Positions 1 through 12,867 are shown, counted from the first letter of the whole stretch. The stretch is DNA of 63,983 nucleotides, filler included, from Choristocarpus tenellus KU-1152 (GCA_964200185.2; 13 parts of 13 records of this genome joined end to end with filler, not necessarily neighbours in it), one strand, 5' to 3'. Translations and numbers: made by a program. The notes: generated by a model from the sequence alone, not told the origin.

Positions 1-539
1 CCCCCCCCCCCCCCCTTCCCCTCTTTTCCTCTTTTTTCCCCCAAAGGGCCCCCCCGGGGTGGCCCCCCCCCCCCCCCCCCTCGGGAGGGCCCCCAGATAC
101 TTTGGATCTGGCGGGATATTATTGCTTCCCATTTGCTTTTTCATGGTGTGGTGTTGTGGGTTGTTGCCTCTGCCCTTTGTCGACCTGATTGTATGCACTA
201 TCGGTTACTCTTTTTCGCTTGGACACACATTAAACACCCGCAATCATGGAAAAAAGAACAACTATCTATCTGTCCGTCCACGAACTGCTCGTGTCCTCCG
301 CCTGAATGTGGTTCCATTTGTGCTTGTTTCCGGTTGACCACATATACCAAACGGTATCTATTATACTTAAACCCACCTGACGTAGCTCACCGAACCTCGC
401 ACTCACTCATTGATTGGTCTCTCGTCCTTTCAACTCGATCCGCTTCTGTGTTCTTGCTTATTTTGTGTTGTACCCAAAATGTATTTTTTTTGTGCTGTGT
501 TCAAAACACGCCACCGAAAATATGGTTTTTGTAGGGTGG

Positions 540-1600
540 GTTGTTGAGGAAAATCGCTGTCCTTAGCAGGGACACAACAGCAGCTGCTGAGGCTGTGAAG
601 GGTAGTGACGGAGTTGGTAAGGTGCTGTTTGCAGGGGAGGTGCCAGGGATAGGTACCAAGGTGGCCAATACGGTAGACTTTGAAGGGAGGGGCCTGGTTT
701 TTGTAGATTACGATGACTTTGAGGGTGAACTGAAGCCACCATCACCTGCACCCACACCATTGACTTCTGCTTTGGAAAGTGCATAGTTTGAAGTAAAATA
801 TGTTAATGTGATTGGCAAGGGGGCGAGGTAGGGTGTGTGATAGGACAACTGTGCAGAGTAGGTGGAAGAGGGTAAGGGAGGAGGTAGGGGCACGTTATCC
901 CATGTAGTGATTTTAGAGTTCAAGGTAAGGAAAGGAAGCAAGGTATAGTTCTTGAGGCCATTCCGAATAGAGATTCCAATGTTCAAACATGGCTTTGAAC
1001 TTCCAATGCCAAAATGTTGAAAGGGTCTCCCAAAAGAGGTTCTGTGTCAAGTAGCAAATCAGACTCACAAGGACTAGGTTGTACTCCTAGCTGGAATTAT
1101 CTATTGTGGAGCTGGCATTGGGTAGTTTTTTTGGTTGGTAGTGGAAAAAGAGAATGTTCAAGTTTGACGCTGCATACTTCAAAGCAAAACTATCCAAATC
1201 AGGTGTCACTACTCATTGCCCAATATGTATGTCATAGAGGACAAGCAAAATGAACATGTCATGGAATGATATTCCATGGGTGAATTGAACAATGTTACAG
1301 GAGCAATATCAGGGGAAATCAGATTAGTCTTTTGACGTATGTGTTCATTAATACCTATATAGAAAACTTTCATTGGAAGGCTGCTGTCCAGTTGTTCAGA
1401 TAAGGCTGATCAATGAGAATGAAGAGAAAAATCTGAGGAAGTGAGGAGTCTGGGTGGCAACAATTGTTGGATGTAGGTAATCTACCTCTGTCATCCTGGA
1501 CGCTATCCAGGGAAGAGCAAGTCGGCACAAAAAAGAGGGTAAGGTACGTTCATATGTATCCACTCTCTTGTCTCGAAACATCACGATATTTGAAGTATGT
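540..1600 (-). mobile_element. Highly decayed Ty1/copia-like integrase region
   Basis: An IVMFRD-type motif near 1590-1570 and a downstream Pro/Ser-rich linker. No continuous ORF. Similar weak copia traces at ~4800-5500 (+), 15900-16000 (-, RLGH), 22760-23500 (-) and 57590-57860 (-). Confidence 0.3.
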
Positions 1601-2847
1601 TATACATCAGGTTTCAACCTAGTCTTTCAGGTAACTATGGGATTAGTTTGCGGTTCAGATGTTATACTGAACAGTAGGTTCTCTAGAGGGGAAGCACCAT
1701 AAAACAAGAACCCCAAAGTTACCGCAATCAATGGTAAGCACCACCAATGAAACGGTGATCTTAAAGCACACAATCTTCTGCCTACCGTATCCTCTTATGC
1801 CCAGGGTTGTTTGGAATCTATGTTATTTTTCTATATACACCACAGATTTAGTAGTCGTTTCACCTCGAAAATTATATCTGGGGAATATTATTTTAAGTGG
1901 ATAATCTGATTGTGAGTCTATGCCTCCCTGAAATGTCACAGAAAACAACTGAAATATACAGGATGTTCCTAAACATTTTTCATTTTACATAAGCCTCTAG
2001 GCAACATAAGTTTCTCCTTCCTCGGCACAAAGAATTCCGGTGCATTTTAACATTAAGATCAAACTCCATGCCAACCGTGAACATTGACAAATCTAAATCT
2101 AATGGAGGCTATCTTGAAGAGCTAAGTATGCAATGGAGAAGAACTGCCAATCGGATGAGAATGCCTGTACCCAAGCAGCAGCGCCAGAACACCTGAATGT
2201 TATGGTTTGAGCAAGGGACAGTAGGTTCATGTGGGATAAGAACAGCTACTACGTTTAATAAATGGTGCATAACAACGGTCACGAGGGTGTGTTGAAATGG
2301 TCCAGGACCGATGGTTATATAGGTAGGAGATGAAACCTCTGCTGGTGCTACAAAAACCTGGATGTTTTGAAGTGTATCAGGGCCAATGGCTGACTCAAAG
2401 TATCTATGGGGGGGTGGCGGCTGTCCATTTGGGATACATTTTTCTTGGTATAAGAATATATGTGCGACCAAGAATGCATCTCGATGTCTTGAAGTGCTGA
2501 ACCAATTGTTAGGGTAGGCAAGATCGCAGAGGATCCCAAAAGGACAAAAAAACGTTATTTTGCACAATTGCAAAAAAAGACCAGAATATATAACTGTCAG
2601 GTTTGTTGATACGGTCGGTCAGTTGTGCTTGCTACGGTAAGAAACGGTTACAGAGGATCTTTGAACAGAACTATTCATTAGTAGTATGGTTCGTGTTCTT
2701 TGTGCAAAACGTAACATATGCAACAAATACGCAATACATTCTACTCTAGAAAATATATGTAACAGTTTTATACTATCAGTTACGTTTAACAGCCTCTCAC
2801 CAAATTGAGGATGGAGCATACTATGGAGGATGGGTTAGACCCAAAAT

Positions 2848-2947
2848 NNNNNNNNNNNNNNNNNNNNNNNNNNNNNNNNNNNNNNNNNNNNTTAATTAAT
2901 TAANNNNNNNNNNNNNNNNNNNNNNNNNNNNNNNNNNNNNNNNNNNN
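2848..2947. other. Artificial contig linker N44-TTAATTAATTAA-N44. Also at 6194, 9175, 17478, 24362, 27182, 30657, 43814, 50179, 54558, 57306 and 60369
   Basis: Twelve identical 100-bp spacers; the 12-mer places stop codons in all six frames. Confidence 0.98.
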
Positions 2948-5900
2948 CCCTTCCAAGTGCAAAAACAGTTGCAAAAAAGAGTTTTCGGTACTTTTTTAAG
3001 ACCGTTTTCGCAGAACAACCATCCTCATAGCCCCGCTCCATCCTCAATTTTGAAAATCCTCTGTTACAGGAACAGAGCATACATCTGTCGAAAATATAAA
3101 CACCAGTACTTCAATTTCTCATATATAGACAGGCGGCCTCTCTCAACACTACCAATCCAGTTGGCTGTAGTGGCTCCCTTCTCCATCTCCACTGAACCTG
3201 CATCAACAATGCAACAAAGTGGAGACGGGGGGGGGGATTATGGAGTGGTTAGAGCAAGATGGAGGGTCGAGGTAGAGAGCAAGGACGACAAAGAGTTGGT
3301 GGCTTGTATTGAACATTCAACTAATGTAACCTGAATCACGGCACATCTGTCCTTCTACCACTATTATTGGTGTAATGTATTTGTGTGATTTTGTAACTAC
3401 AGGAACGGAAAGTATGAGACGCTAGAGTCAAGATCTATCGCGCAGGATACAGGGGGCATTTTATAAAAGTGATCGTAACCAACAGTGTAGCAGCATGCTT
3501 GGTCACAATTAAAATATCATTTTTAGAACTTCAAGAATAAACAATAAATAAAAAGTTTACGAAAGAAAGTATGTAATAGGGAACATGCTTCTTCCCCCAA
3601 CCACACAGAAAACAGACGAACGATACACTCAAATAAATGGATGTGTGCTTGATGTGTACCTTCTACAGAGGTCAATATATTGATCTCTGGAAGATGGCCT
3701 ACAGATTGGTCTATTAAGAGATATGACAAAGTGTAAACATGCAAACATACATTGATGTTTTTGAGATAAGCGCAGTCCTAAGGAGCTATTGCTTCTATGT
3801 ATGGGAGGCATGTTCGTTTCATCAACTACTGCGGAGTCTTCAGAGTTGAGTCATCAGAGTTGAATCTTCTGATCCATCCCACCTCTCCTCTAAAATCCTT
3901 TTGTTGTTGTTGAAATTTTTTATTCTTGTTCTTTGTTTTCTTACGTTGGTTGGACTAGACACGTTTGATATCATAGTCCCAGCGTATCATGCATATAATT
4001 TTGTTGCGGTCTTGTCTTGATCCGATTATTTTAGTCCTTGCTAATAGCACACGGAGGACCAAGAACAGGTGTTTTCTTCTTCCCCCATGCTATATCCTTA
4101 CGAAGGCGTAGAGCACCATCCCCTGGAATAATTCTCTTGTCATCTCGCAAGATAAAATTGAGGTCAAGCCTGTTACTCTATTCCACCTTTACTGACATTA
4201 GGATGAGAAATCGTACACTATCCACAGTAGAAGCTACACCAAAGTCTCTGTTCAAAGTGATGAGGATGAAACTGATGCTGCTGTGTATCTCTACCCTGTC
4301 AAACCCCATGCTTGGTCACCCCCAAGTGCGGCCTTGAGTACCGTACCTTGGAGAACTCTCCCAGCAATCAGGGTCTGATTTTCTATTGGCCTTAAGGAGC
4401 CTTGTAGGCTAGGGCAACACAACCCACCCCTGTTTCACAACGTCCCAAGTTGCTTCCCAGCCTTGCATCTGTCACATCCTGCCACGTAGGAGTCAATACA
4501 AGAGATACTAGGCACCCCCACAAATCACACAATACCGTTGTACCTCCAATCCCCCTTTCCCCACCCTTGTACCCCCATCCGACCCAAGTACCTTCAGAAC
4601 GAGTCTTGAAATGTTATAGCTGTGTAACATTAAAAGAAAACAAACACAGCACACTACAATCTTTTGGCGCCTGAAGAATGTTTCCCATTTGCAAGTATTT
4701 TCTAATCCGGATTCATTATTTCACATTCAAATATAAATAAATATAGCGGTGTTGCTAATGGTCCGGTTCACATTCTATGACCCAATCCTCACCTCCTCCA
4801 TCCCCCGAAGGTCCCTTGGCGTAGGAAAGGGAGGATGGTCAGGTTTGTACTACCCATGCAACCCAAGAACGCTTTTGCTCTAACCTTCTCAAGGATCGCA
4901 ACCATAACAGAATCCACAACCACAGGCCCACAACAACGGCCACCTGCACCCATACCGAGAAGCCAGCAGGACATGTCAAACTCGCCAAGAGTCTGATCTT
5001 CTCACAGCCGATCCCTGTACCCTTCCTCTTCACGAGCGATGAAATGCGCTGGTGAGGGGGAGAGATTGCTCGGCAGCCTCTCAATTGACTTCTCAATGCT
5101 TTGCCCATGCCGCCGAAACAAACCAACCTCTCTACACTGGGTCCTTTCCCAGCACAAAGGGTCCCCCTACTTGACAACAACACCCTGACCCGCCTTTCCT
5201 CCTTTGCTCAACAAGGTCTTACTCTCCTGGGCCCGAGATTATTTTGTCCCACGACAATACTACACAAATTCACCTATCGCCTCTTCCTCTCCATGATAAC
5301 CAGTGCTTCAGTGCCCTCCCCTACATTCTCGTTGGGATTTCTAGCTCACCACAAGACTCCACATCTATACAATGAGGGGATCATCGTTTTCTTACAGTAG
5401 CCCCCCATGAACTAGAAAACTAAGTCACCACAAAGTCCACTCCTTTTCACAACTCTCTTCCATCCCATACAACCCTAAGACACACACAGATCCCTACTCC
5501 GAGCACATAGTAAATGAACTACCACAGAACTACAATACAGTCCTCAAATACCGTTCAACGCATACTCCTCTTTAAGCTAAGCCCCCTGCGTTCCTCTGTG
5601 CTCGCCAGAACCCAGTCACACATCCATTCACACATTTGAGTAACTGCCACTCATCTACAACAACTCCATTAGTAACTCATGTCTCCTCGAAAATTGACGG
5701 CACACAACCTCCGTCCAAGAGGGAGTGCCACATTGGCGCAGTGACCGTGGTCATCCTTGGAGAAGAAGTAAGATGAGCACAAGGGCAGCATCACAAAGTC
5801 CAAGCCATTACAAAAGAGCACAACTATACACCAACGCATAGTAACACCTCACACACACCTTGTAACTACAATCCAGTAACTACAAAACTCTTCATACTGG

Positions 5901-6845
5901 AAAAATGACAACTACCACATTGGCAAACCGGACAAAGGAACAAACATCCACCCAATCAATCCATCCACCCTCTACTTCAATTATCTCAACCTCTCCCACC
6001 CCATGCCCATATGATGATCTCTCAGTATTTGGACTTGCGGTCTCTCAGAGATGGATAACCCATTTCGATGTGGGTTATTCGAATCTACCATTGCTTTCCA
6101 CTTCTTCATGAGCAGGGGGCAGCAATAGTAGGGATTATCAGGGAATAGGTAGGGCGGCATGGAGAGGCCCAAGAGGACCAAATCCTGGGGGGGNNNNNNN
6201 NNNNNNNNNNNNNNNNNNNNNNNNNNNNNNNNNNNNNTTAATTAATTAANNNNNNNNNNNNNNNNNNNNNNNNNNNNNNNNNNNNNNNNNNNNAGCATCC
6301 TTAGGTGCAGGAATGGGTTAGAGACACAGGAAATAGGTTAAAACATTTTTCACATTTGTGACAACTGTTACTTGTTTAGGGATTTTTGGGACATGTGAAT
6401 AGTTTTCATTAGCTTTTCCCCTGGCACATCTGCAAAATGTCAGAGGGCATATTTATTTTTATATATACTAATATACTTCTATTATGTACCGAAAATTACG
6501 TATACACCAATACTGCTATGCTGTACTGAACCTTACATAAACTTGTACAATAATATATTATTATGCCCGCTGAAATTAACTAGAAATGTCAGGGAAAGAG
6601 ACAAATCAATATCGTGAGGATATTTGTAAAAGTAACAGGCAGTTGTCGAAAACGTGAAAGATATCTCTCTAGATCGATATACTGTGTAGATGAAACTGTC
6701 ACTCTGTTTTATATGCTTGTATCAGCTCACACAACGCAAGTTTAACACTAGTTATCACAAGATGTTTCCCGTAGAGTAGATGGGACGGAAGCACCGAAGT
6801 GGTGCTTTCAGGATTTTGGAAGTTGAATTTTGGTATACAACAGAG

Positions 6846-7100
6846 GAGTCAAAGTATCTTAGAGTAGACCTGCATCCATTTGGGGTCAAAATCCAATGTT
6901 GCGATTCTGATGTAATTTTGGTTATCGTGCTTGTTAGGAAGTGTCAATATCCTTGTTCCAGACCCACCTTTTCATAACGTGTACATTTTACCTATTCCGA
7001 AATATTTTGGACTAGGAAAACGTCGCTAAAACCCCAAGGGAAGTCAAGCCCCATATGGACAAACAGGACAAAACTCGTACCCTCTAAGATACTTTCACTC
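6846..7100 (+). mobile_element. MITE family A copy 1 (TSD AGAG)
   Basis: TIRs GAGTCAAAGTATCTTAGAG.../TACCCTCTAAGATACTTTCACTC; flanks agag|...|agag. Confidence 0.92.
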
Positions 7101-7315
7101 AGAGACTGGGTGTGAAGCAAAACAATCTTAACATCTTCAAGTTGATACAATCTGTGTACGACCATACTTCACTCCTCTATAGAATGGGAGTACTTGCACC
7201 ACATAAAACCAAGATCCGCAATCGACTTACCGTCGAACGTTTGGGAGCAAAGATGCGGGTGTTGCTTGCTCACCATTATGAACTCAAGGGTGTCAGGGTG
7301 GGAGCAGAGGGGGGG

Positions 7316-7640
7316 TAGAATCGTGTGAGGCTCATAACAAGTTGAAACCTGAGATTGAATTAATCGTGCTTTCTTGTGCAGTGACAGGCTCGTAGAGAAG
7401 GGGTGTGGTAGTGCAGTGAAGCACTGACGAATTCGTTCTGACAAACCTAGTGACATGCTGTGCACAATCGAAGGATATTTGGTACAAAGTTGTGGGTATT
7501 CCTTGACACGCTCAAGGAAAGATATGCATGCTCTGAGTAGAGGCTTCTCACCTCGTGAAGAGAAGGGTTTTTGAGGGTGTTCTACACTATGAATATGTGG
7601 CATCTAGTTGTGTATCAGGTACAATCAACTCAGAGTGAGG
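7316..7640 (+). repeat. Repeat family E, probable LTR fragment. Homologue at 31052-31367 (-), trace at 54658
   Basis: About 320 bp of alignable sequence starting (T)GAATCGTGTGAGGCTC. The copy at 7316 is preceded by a purine tract (GGGAGCAGAGGGGGG) resembling a PPT. Confidence 0.55.
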
Positions 7641-7855
7641 TTGGTGTCTTAAGCGGGGGCAATGCCAACCAGAGGGGAAAAGAAAATCAACACATGATAC
7701 ACAACTGGTGATTCTAATGTGAAGATAAAAATAAGAAAACGAACTTGAATCAATATCTGTGGCAACTCATATGGCACATACTACTTGCATATTTGATAGG
7801 TGGCAACTATTCCATGCTTCCTATGCGCCATGATGTTCTAACGGTAATTGATTAT

Positions 7856-8109
7856 GAGTGAAGGTAGAGTGTGCGAGATTTGCCCTGTTTGTCTGTTTGG
7901 GTCTTGGCTTCCCACGTTTTTTTAATGGCATTTTATCTATTCTGAAGTGTTTCAGAGTAGGTAAAATGTGTACGTTAAGAAGAGGTGTATCGGGAACAAG
8001 GATATTGATACTTCCTAACAAACACAATAGCCTAAATTACATCGAAATTGTAACATTGGTGTTTGGCTCCCGAACGGACGCGTCCTTGCCCTCTAAGATA
8101 CTTTGACTC
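7856..8109 (-). mobile_element. MITE family A copy 2
   Basis: Reverse-complement homologue of copy 1 with one TIR partly deleted; flanks tat|...|tag. Confidence 0.88.
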
Positions 8110-8411
8110 TAGCCTATGATGGGGTGCCAATGATGCAATAGGCGTATCAACCTGTACCGATCTGCAAATCAGTAGTCAGTATAAACGGGTAGAACTGTAT
8201 TATATCAACAACACAAAATATATGAGTAGTCTAGGTTTTAGTATTTCCTTGAGTGCTCTGTTGTATACTGGTGTAGGGTGCTCTCGATCAAAGACTGATG
8301 CATATGCAGCAGTATCAGATGCAGTCAGGATCATAGCCTTAAATCTGGCTATGAGGAAGGTTGTCGACGCATATCTGTTTGAAGGTCACCAACGATGCAT
8401 CATGGACCAAT

Positions 8412-8520
8412 AACAGCCGAAATTACAAAAAAAAACATATCGACACTTTATCCCAGTCAATTTTGGGTCAAGCCCATCCTCAGTGAAAAGCTCCATCCTC
8501 AATTTTTGAAATCGGCTGTT
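8412..8520 (+). mobile_element. MITE family C, 109-bp copy (TSD CAAT). Partial copies at 2788-2847, 2948-3065 and ~60295-60368
   Basis: TIR AACAGCCGA/TCGGCTGTT, flanks caat|...|caat; shared subterminal CCATCCTC..GCTCCATCCTCAATTT motif. Confidence 0.7.
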
Positions 8521-9274
8521 CAATGCAGGTTTAGTGTTTTTGACACTTCAGTGCAATTAGTTCAGAGAGTTGAAAGAAGTATGAAGGAGACCTCAAAATT
8601 GCGTATTTTCTTTCCCTCACATACCGCCTCACCCTCTACCACTCCCCACGCTTACTGTTTTTTTTTTCTTTGAGACACTAGTGATGGTGTGATTATTCGT
8701 ATTTTTATATACTGCTAGACCAATCATATACTGTAGAACTGGAGGAAAAATTTGAGCGTCTAATCAGAAAGAAGAGCTGAGCTTGTTCCTACTATATTTA
8801 TGTTTTGTTCACTTAAACTTCCTCAGACGAATCGTTGAATGTAGGCAAAACAGAGATGGATTTGGACGGGCCAATTGTCTCCTCCACTTTTCAAACATTT
8901 ACCTCCCACAAGGTATTGTAGTAACGGTGTCTGAACACCTCTCAGCGACACTCTTATGGACTGAGGGTGTTGGTAAAACCGATTCTTTTATTAAAGTACT
9001 CAGTAATCGATTCAACGTGCGCCATATTCTCAAAATCTTTCATCAAACTAAAGTGTACATTTAAATCGATCCATCCATTTCTGTGAAATGCCACTTAGAT
9101 GCGGGCATTTCGAATATGCCCATAGTAGTAACTGCTTGGGCACTTCGACAAACTCCTACTACTTACACATAGTTNNNNNNNNNNNNNNNNNNNNNNNNNN
9201 NNNNNNNNNNNNNNNNNNTTAATTAATTAANNNNNNNNNNNNNNNNNNNNNNNNNNNNNNNNNNNNNNNNNNNN

Positions 9275-9518
9275 AGAGGGTAGAGCCGCGTCCATTTGAG
9301 GGCGAAATTCCGACGTTGCGATTTTGATGTAATTTTGGCTATCGTATTTGTTAGGAAGTATCAATATCCTTGTTCCAGTCACACCATTTCATAACACATA
9401 CGTTTTACCTACTCCGAAAAATTTGGAGTAGGAAAATGTAATTTAAAAAAAACATGGGAAGGCAAGCCTCAAACGGACAAACAGCACAAAACTCGTACCC
9501 TCTAAGATTCTTTTACTC
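9275..9518 (+). mobile_element. MITE family A copy 3 (5' end cut by contig start)
   Basis: Same internal sequence; right TIR TACCCTCTAAGATTCTTTTACTC. Confidence 0.9.
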
Positions 9519-9568
9519 GAACAATTGTGGTGTTTCGGCGGAATGTCAATATTTTTTTTTTATGACAG

Positions 9569-9983
9569 CACATCCAATCCTACGCAACATACATACAGTA
9601 AGGCGAAGGAGTCAAGGCTCTTTGGTTCTCTGCAAGGCCGGGGCAATGGCAATTACAGAGCGAATTCTTCAACCAAGGAGGGCGAACAAATTTCACACGT
9701 CTTCGCCCAGCATCTCAACTTCAGTTGAGGCGAAATCAGAACAACAGAACAGAAACCTCAAGTGGACAACAGATGTCGCAGGATGATTGAGCAATGCCAC
9801 AGCAAAAAAATGGATCAGTCAGAATCGGAATTGATCTTTGTTCTGACGTTCCTTCTTCTTGCAGCTTTTCTCAGACCTGGACCTGGTTGGTGTATCTGGT
9901 TTTGTAGTCTGGTCGATATGGGCAAGTTCAATGACATGTTTGGCACACACAAATGAATATGTCTGCACGCCATTTCTGGAAAG
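9569..9983 (+). CDS. Two candidate exons (9569-9597, 9865-9983) of an unknown protein
   Basis: Acceptors ttttatgacag and ctgac..ttccttcttcttgcag; donors gtaagg and gtgtgt. Only one frame of the second exon is open. Joined: HPILRNIHT|LFSDLDLVGVSGFVVWSIWASSMTCLAHTNEYVCTPFLE. Confidence 0.4.
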
Positions 9984-10152
9984 GTGTGTGTGTGAGATCC
10001 CCAAAAAGGAGATTTGTCGCCCTGACGATACCGCCCCCCAAAGGTGGATTCATTCGACACGAACATAAAAGTGACTGGCCAGCTCTTCATGTCGGACAGG
10101 TCCTTCCTTGGGAGAAAAACATCCTGGTCGAATCAATCTCACAGGGAAGAAA

Positions 10153-10190
10153 AAATCAAATTCAAATTCAAATTCAAATTCAAATTCAAA
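10153..10190 (+). repeat. (AAATTC)n hexamer tract, possibly the 3' tail of a LINE/SINE
   Basis: About 6 units read directly. The tail interpretation is inference. Confidence 0.6.
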
Positions 10191-10662
10191 GGTGGACCAC
10201 CAATGGTGATCAGGTCTAGTCCAAGGTAGGAAATCTGTGTTAATGGGTGGAAAGAGTAGTGAGAAAAATGGCGTGGACCAGCCTGTATCTTACGGGGATC
10301 TTTGTGGATGACGCTAGTATTACAACAGCTTTGGTATCATCAAGTTATCTGTTGAATGTTGTGGGGACATTAAGAGTGATTGGAAACCTCATAATCTCTT
10401 ACTGTCACCGCTAGTACAACACTCGCCACCAAGGTACCTGGAAAACTACAAAGTTAGACTGAGATACATTTGTTGTATGCACAATTGTTAGACCTGGTTT
10501 ATTGTTTTGAATAGCATGCATGCTTCTCACAGATAGGTCCAACCTGCGTTTGTGTCTCCGAATGAGAGCTATATTTCTACCCTACGACCCTGAATCGCCT
10601 GATAGATAAACTTGAAATACCTCTCGGACTGAGTCATGGTATGGTCTTCAAGATTTATAGCC

Positions 10663-11034
10663 ATCGCTTCTGCATCTTGTAAGTGAAAAATAAACACCCT
10701 CTCTATCTGTGGACTCTGATGGCAATTCACCTGCCCAGCAACCTACTAGTATAGAGGAATTCGTCGTACTTCCAGTCCACAAGGAGGGTTATACCAATTT
10801 TCATTATCAGAGGAGGCGAAGGTGCTTGTATGTTGACGTTCGGTTGGTATCGCTTCTGCATCTTGTAAGTGAACAATAAACATCTTCTCTATCTGTGGAC
10901 TCTGATGGCAATTCACTAGCCCAGCAACCTACTAGTATAGAGGAATTAATCGCACTTTCCAGTCCACAAGGAGGGTTACACCAATTGTCATTATCAGAGG
11001 AGGCGAAGGTGCTTGTATGTGGACGTTCGGTTGG
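10663..11034. repeat. Tandem duplication, 2 x 186 bp
   Basis: Units start at 10663 and 10849 (ATCGCTTCTGCATCTTGTAAGTGAA...) and are highly similar. Confidence 0.92.
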
Positions 11035-11339
11035 CATTAAATCGAGTTCTTTGGCTGGTTTAAGAACAGGAGCCTTTCTTTTATGGCTAGTCACTTGGTC
11101 AGTGGTCCCTACATTAGGGATGTCCAGCTTGTTCTCTTCCCTATTGGCTGAGATCACATTTGCACGTTCAGATACCCCAGCAGGTTTGCACTATACATCA
11201 CTGGCCGGTGAATATGCTTGAAGACAAAGCCAGTACATCTAATTGCGAAGAGCCTTTATTCCAACACCTCGCTTCTGGTCAATATGCCCTCGACAGTCTA
11301 TGACCCAATAGTTGATTGTGTCTTTGACCCCTGACCAAG

Positions 11340-12290
11340 ATCTGGTTCGGATAATACCTGTCCTAAGAAACGTGAGTCAAGGGCATTCATGTCGGGTTTA
11401 GTGCCTCCACCTTTTTTATGGGGTTTTAGTCTGGCCACATGTACTGTCACCTCACTTCAGTCTTCGAAGCTTTTCCCGCGATATACAAAGGGTGTTAAGC
11501 ATGCCTTCACTTGATAAGACCTCTTCTTACCTTCCTTGGATTCATTCCTCAGTGCCATCTCGCCAATCTTTCGCCGGGCAAGCTCATCTGCTAGCTGCAA
11601 ATTTCCCATTTTTCTCGTGCGGTATACTTGTATGGTTATAGGGGTGTCCTCAAAAGACTCCTACATAAGATTAATTGGTAAAATTGGGTGCCCTCCAAAC
11701 ACGAGAAAAAATGGAGTTTCCCGAAAAGTGTTATTATAGGCTGTGTTATGTGTTAGCTGTACAGCGGGCAACAACAACGCCCTGTTAGATTGGACCATAG
11801 TCGAATCCGTGACCAGCATACCATGTATCGTGGAATCCATTCTTTCACATATGATACTTGGAGTCGATATGGTGTAGTCTTGGTTTTGTGATAACCGTAA
11901 TCTTTACGCAGCTCTGCCAGGAATTTATTCTCAAATTCATCACCTTGGTCAGAGTGGAGCGTTTCAGGAGGAGCCAAAGATGGAAAAAAGGCGATCGACA
12001 AGAGCCTTAGCCACGGTATTTTCTTGTTCATTTCCATTGCCAACCAAGACTTCGAATCTTGGGAATGGTCCATGGCGAATAACATATATTTTGCGCCATC
12101 TGACGCAGTCTTATATTTAACTAGATCAGTAGGTACGGTTGAAACGGGCATGTCACAGGCATATGCCCTGTTAGTAGTTGAGTAGGATTATGGGAAGCCT
12201 TACATCTCTGACATGACTGGCAAGTTTTACACCAATTCTTAACATATTTATGTACGGTCGACCTCCAAAGTCTGTGTCTTACTCGATCAA
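11340..12290 (-). mobile_element. Ty3/gypsy integrase remnant
   Basis: VHKYVKNWCKTCQSCQRCK (Zn-binding CxxC), PETLHSDQGDEFEN...KTKTTPYR (rve core), TVHVARLKP (C-terminal). Multiple frameshifts. Confidence 0.85.
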
Positions 12291-12867
12291 CCGAGTCAAC
12301 TGCAGTTGTACTTGTCCGTGTTTTTATCTGGTAAGTGGGAGGGGAGGGGGAAAGGAATGTTGGAAACAAAATAGGAAGGAGGGAGAGAAGAGAGATATAT
12401 TGATGCACAAAAAATCAGAAAAGAGAATCAAATCGACGAAATGTACAATATATATAAACTATTGTAGTACAGTGTTGGTAGTCGCCTCCTGCATCAACTT
12501 TGTCGTGCTACAACTTTTGATCAACAACTAATTGTCTCATGAGAATTAGTTTGTTGTTATCGCATCATCAGCATGCTTAACCTTATTTGATGGATCTCGG
12601 TTGGTCAACTTGCAGTAATCGCGAGAAATACAGGACCATACAAATATCAAGTAGTCCGTGCGCGCGGTTCGCGCGGGGTGTCACATGGCGCGCGAACCGC
12701 GCATTTATGGATGATTTGACGCCAGAAGAGGCCATCTTCAGGAGAACACGGCCGTTGTTGTCTCTCCATTCTCTTTCAATTATTTCCCGTTTATGCGATG
12801 TTGTCACCTGCTGGCTAAGGCTCACTCATGGGGGCCCAGGCCTCTAAACCAGACAATCCATGCCAAG

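Noticed and set aside
1-95. Poly-C/G tracts at contig ends as functional G-quadruplex elements
   Set aside because: The sequence beyond the homopolymers is low-complexity and typical of short-read sequencing failure, so lengths are unreliable.
2892-2903. Recurring TTAATTAATTAA motif as a biological site
   Set aside because: Always centred in exactly 44+44 Ns, so it is an assembly linker.
2788-3065. A single family C element spanning the gap
   Set aside because: Both sides carry the same end type and the flanks (gttt/acag) do not form a TSD.
8277-8912. Candidate plus-strand exons 8277-8359 and 8827-8912
   Set aside because: Plausible AG/GT bounds but no motif support and no direct in-phase join.
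9762-10068. Tyrosine recombinase (DIRS/Crypton) remnant suggested by LLAAFLRPG and CVC..IC
   Set aside because: The motifs are in different frames, there is no HxxR motif, and a splice acceptor plus exon explains the sequence better.
12583-12847. TnpB/Fanzor cargo next to the ITm transposase
   Set aside because: No RuvC or Zn-finger motifs in any frame.
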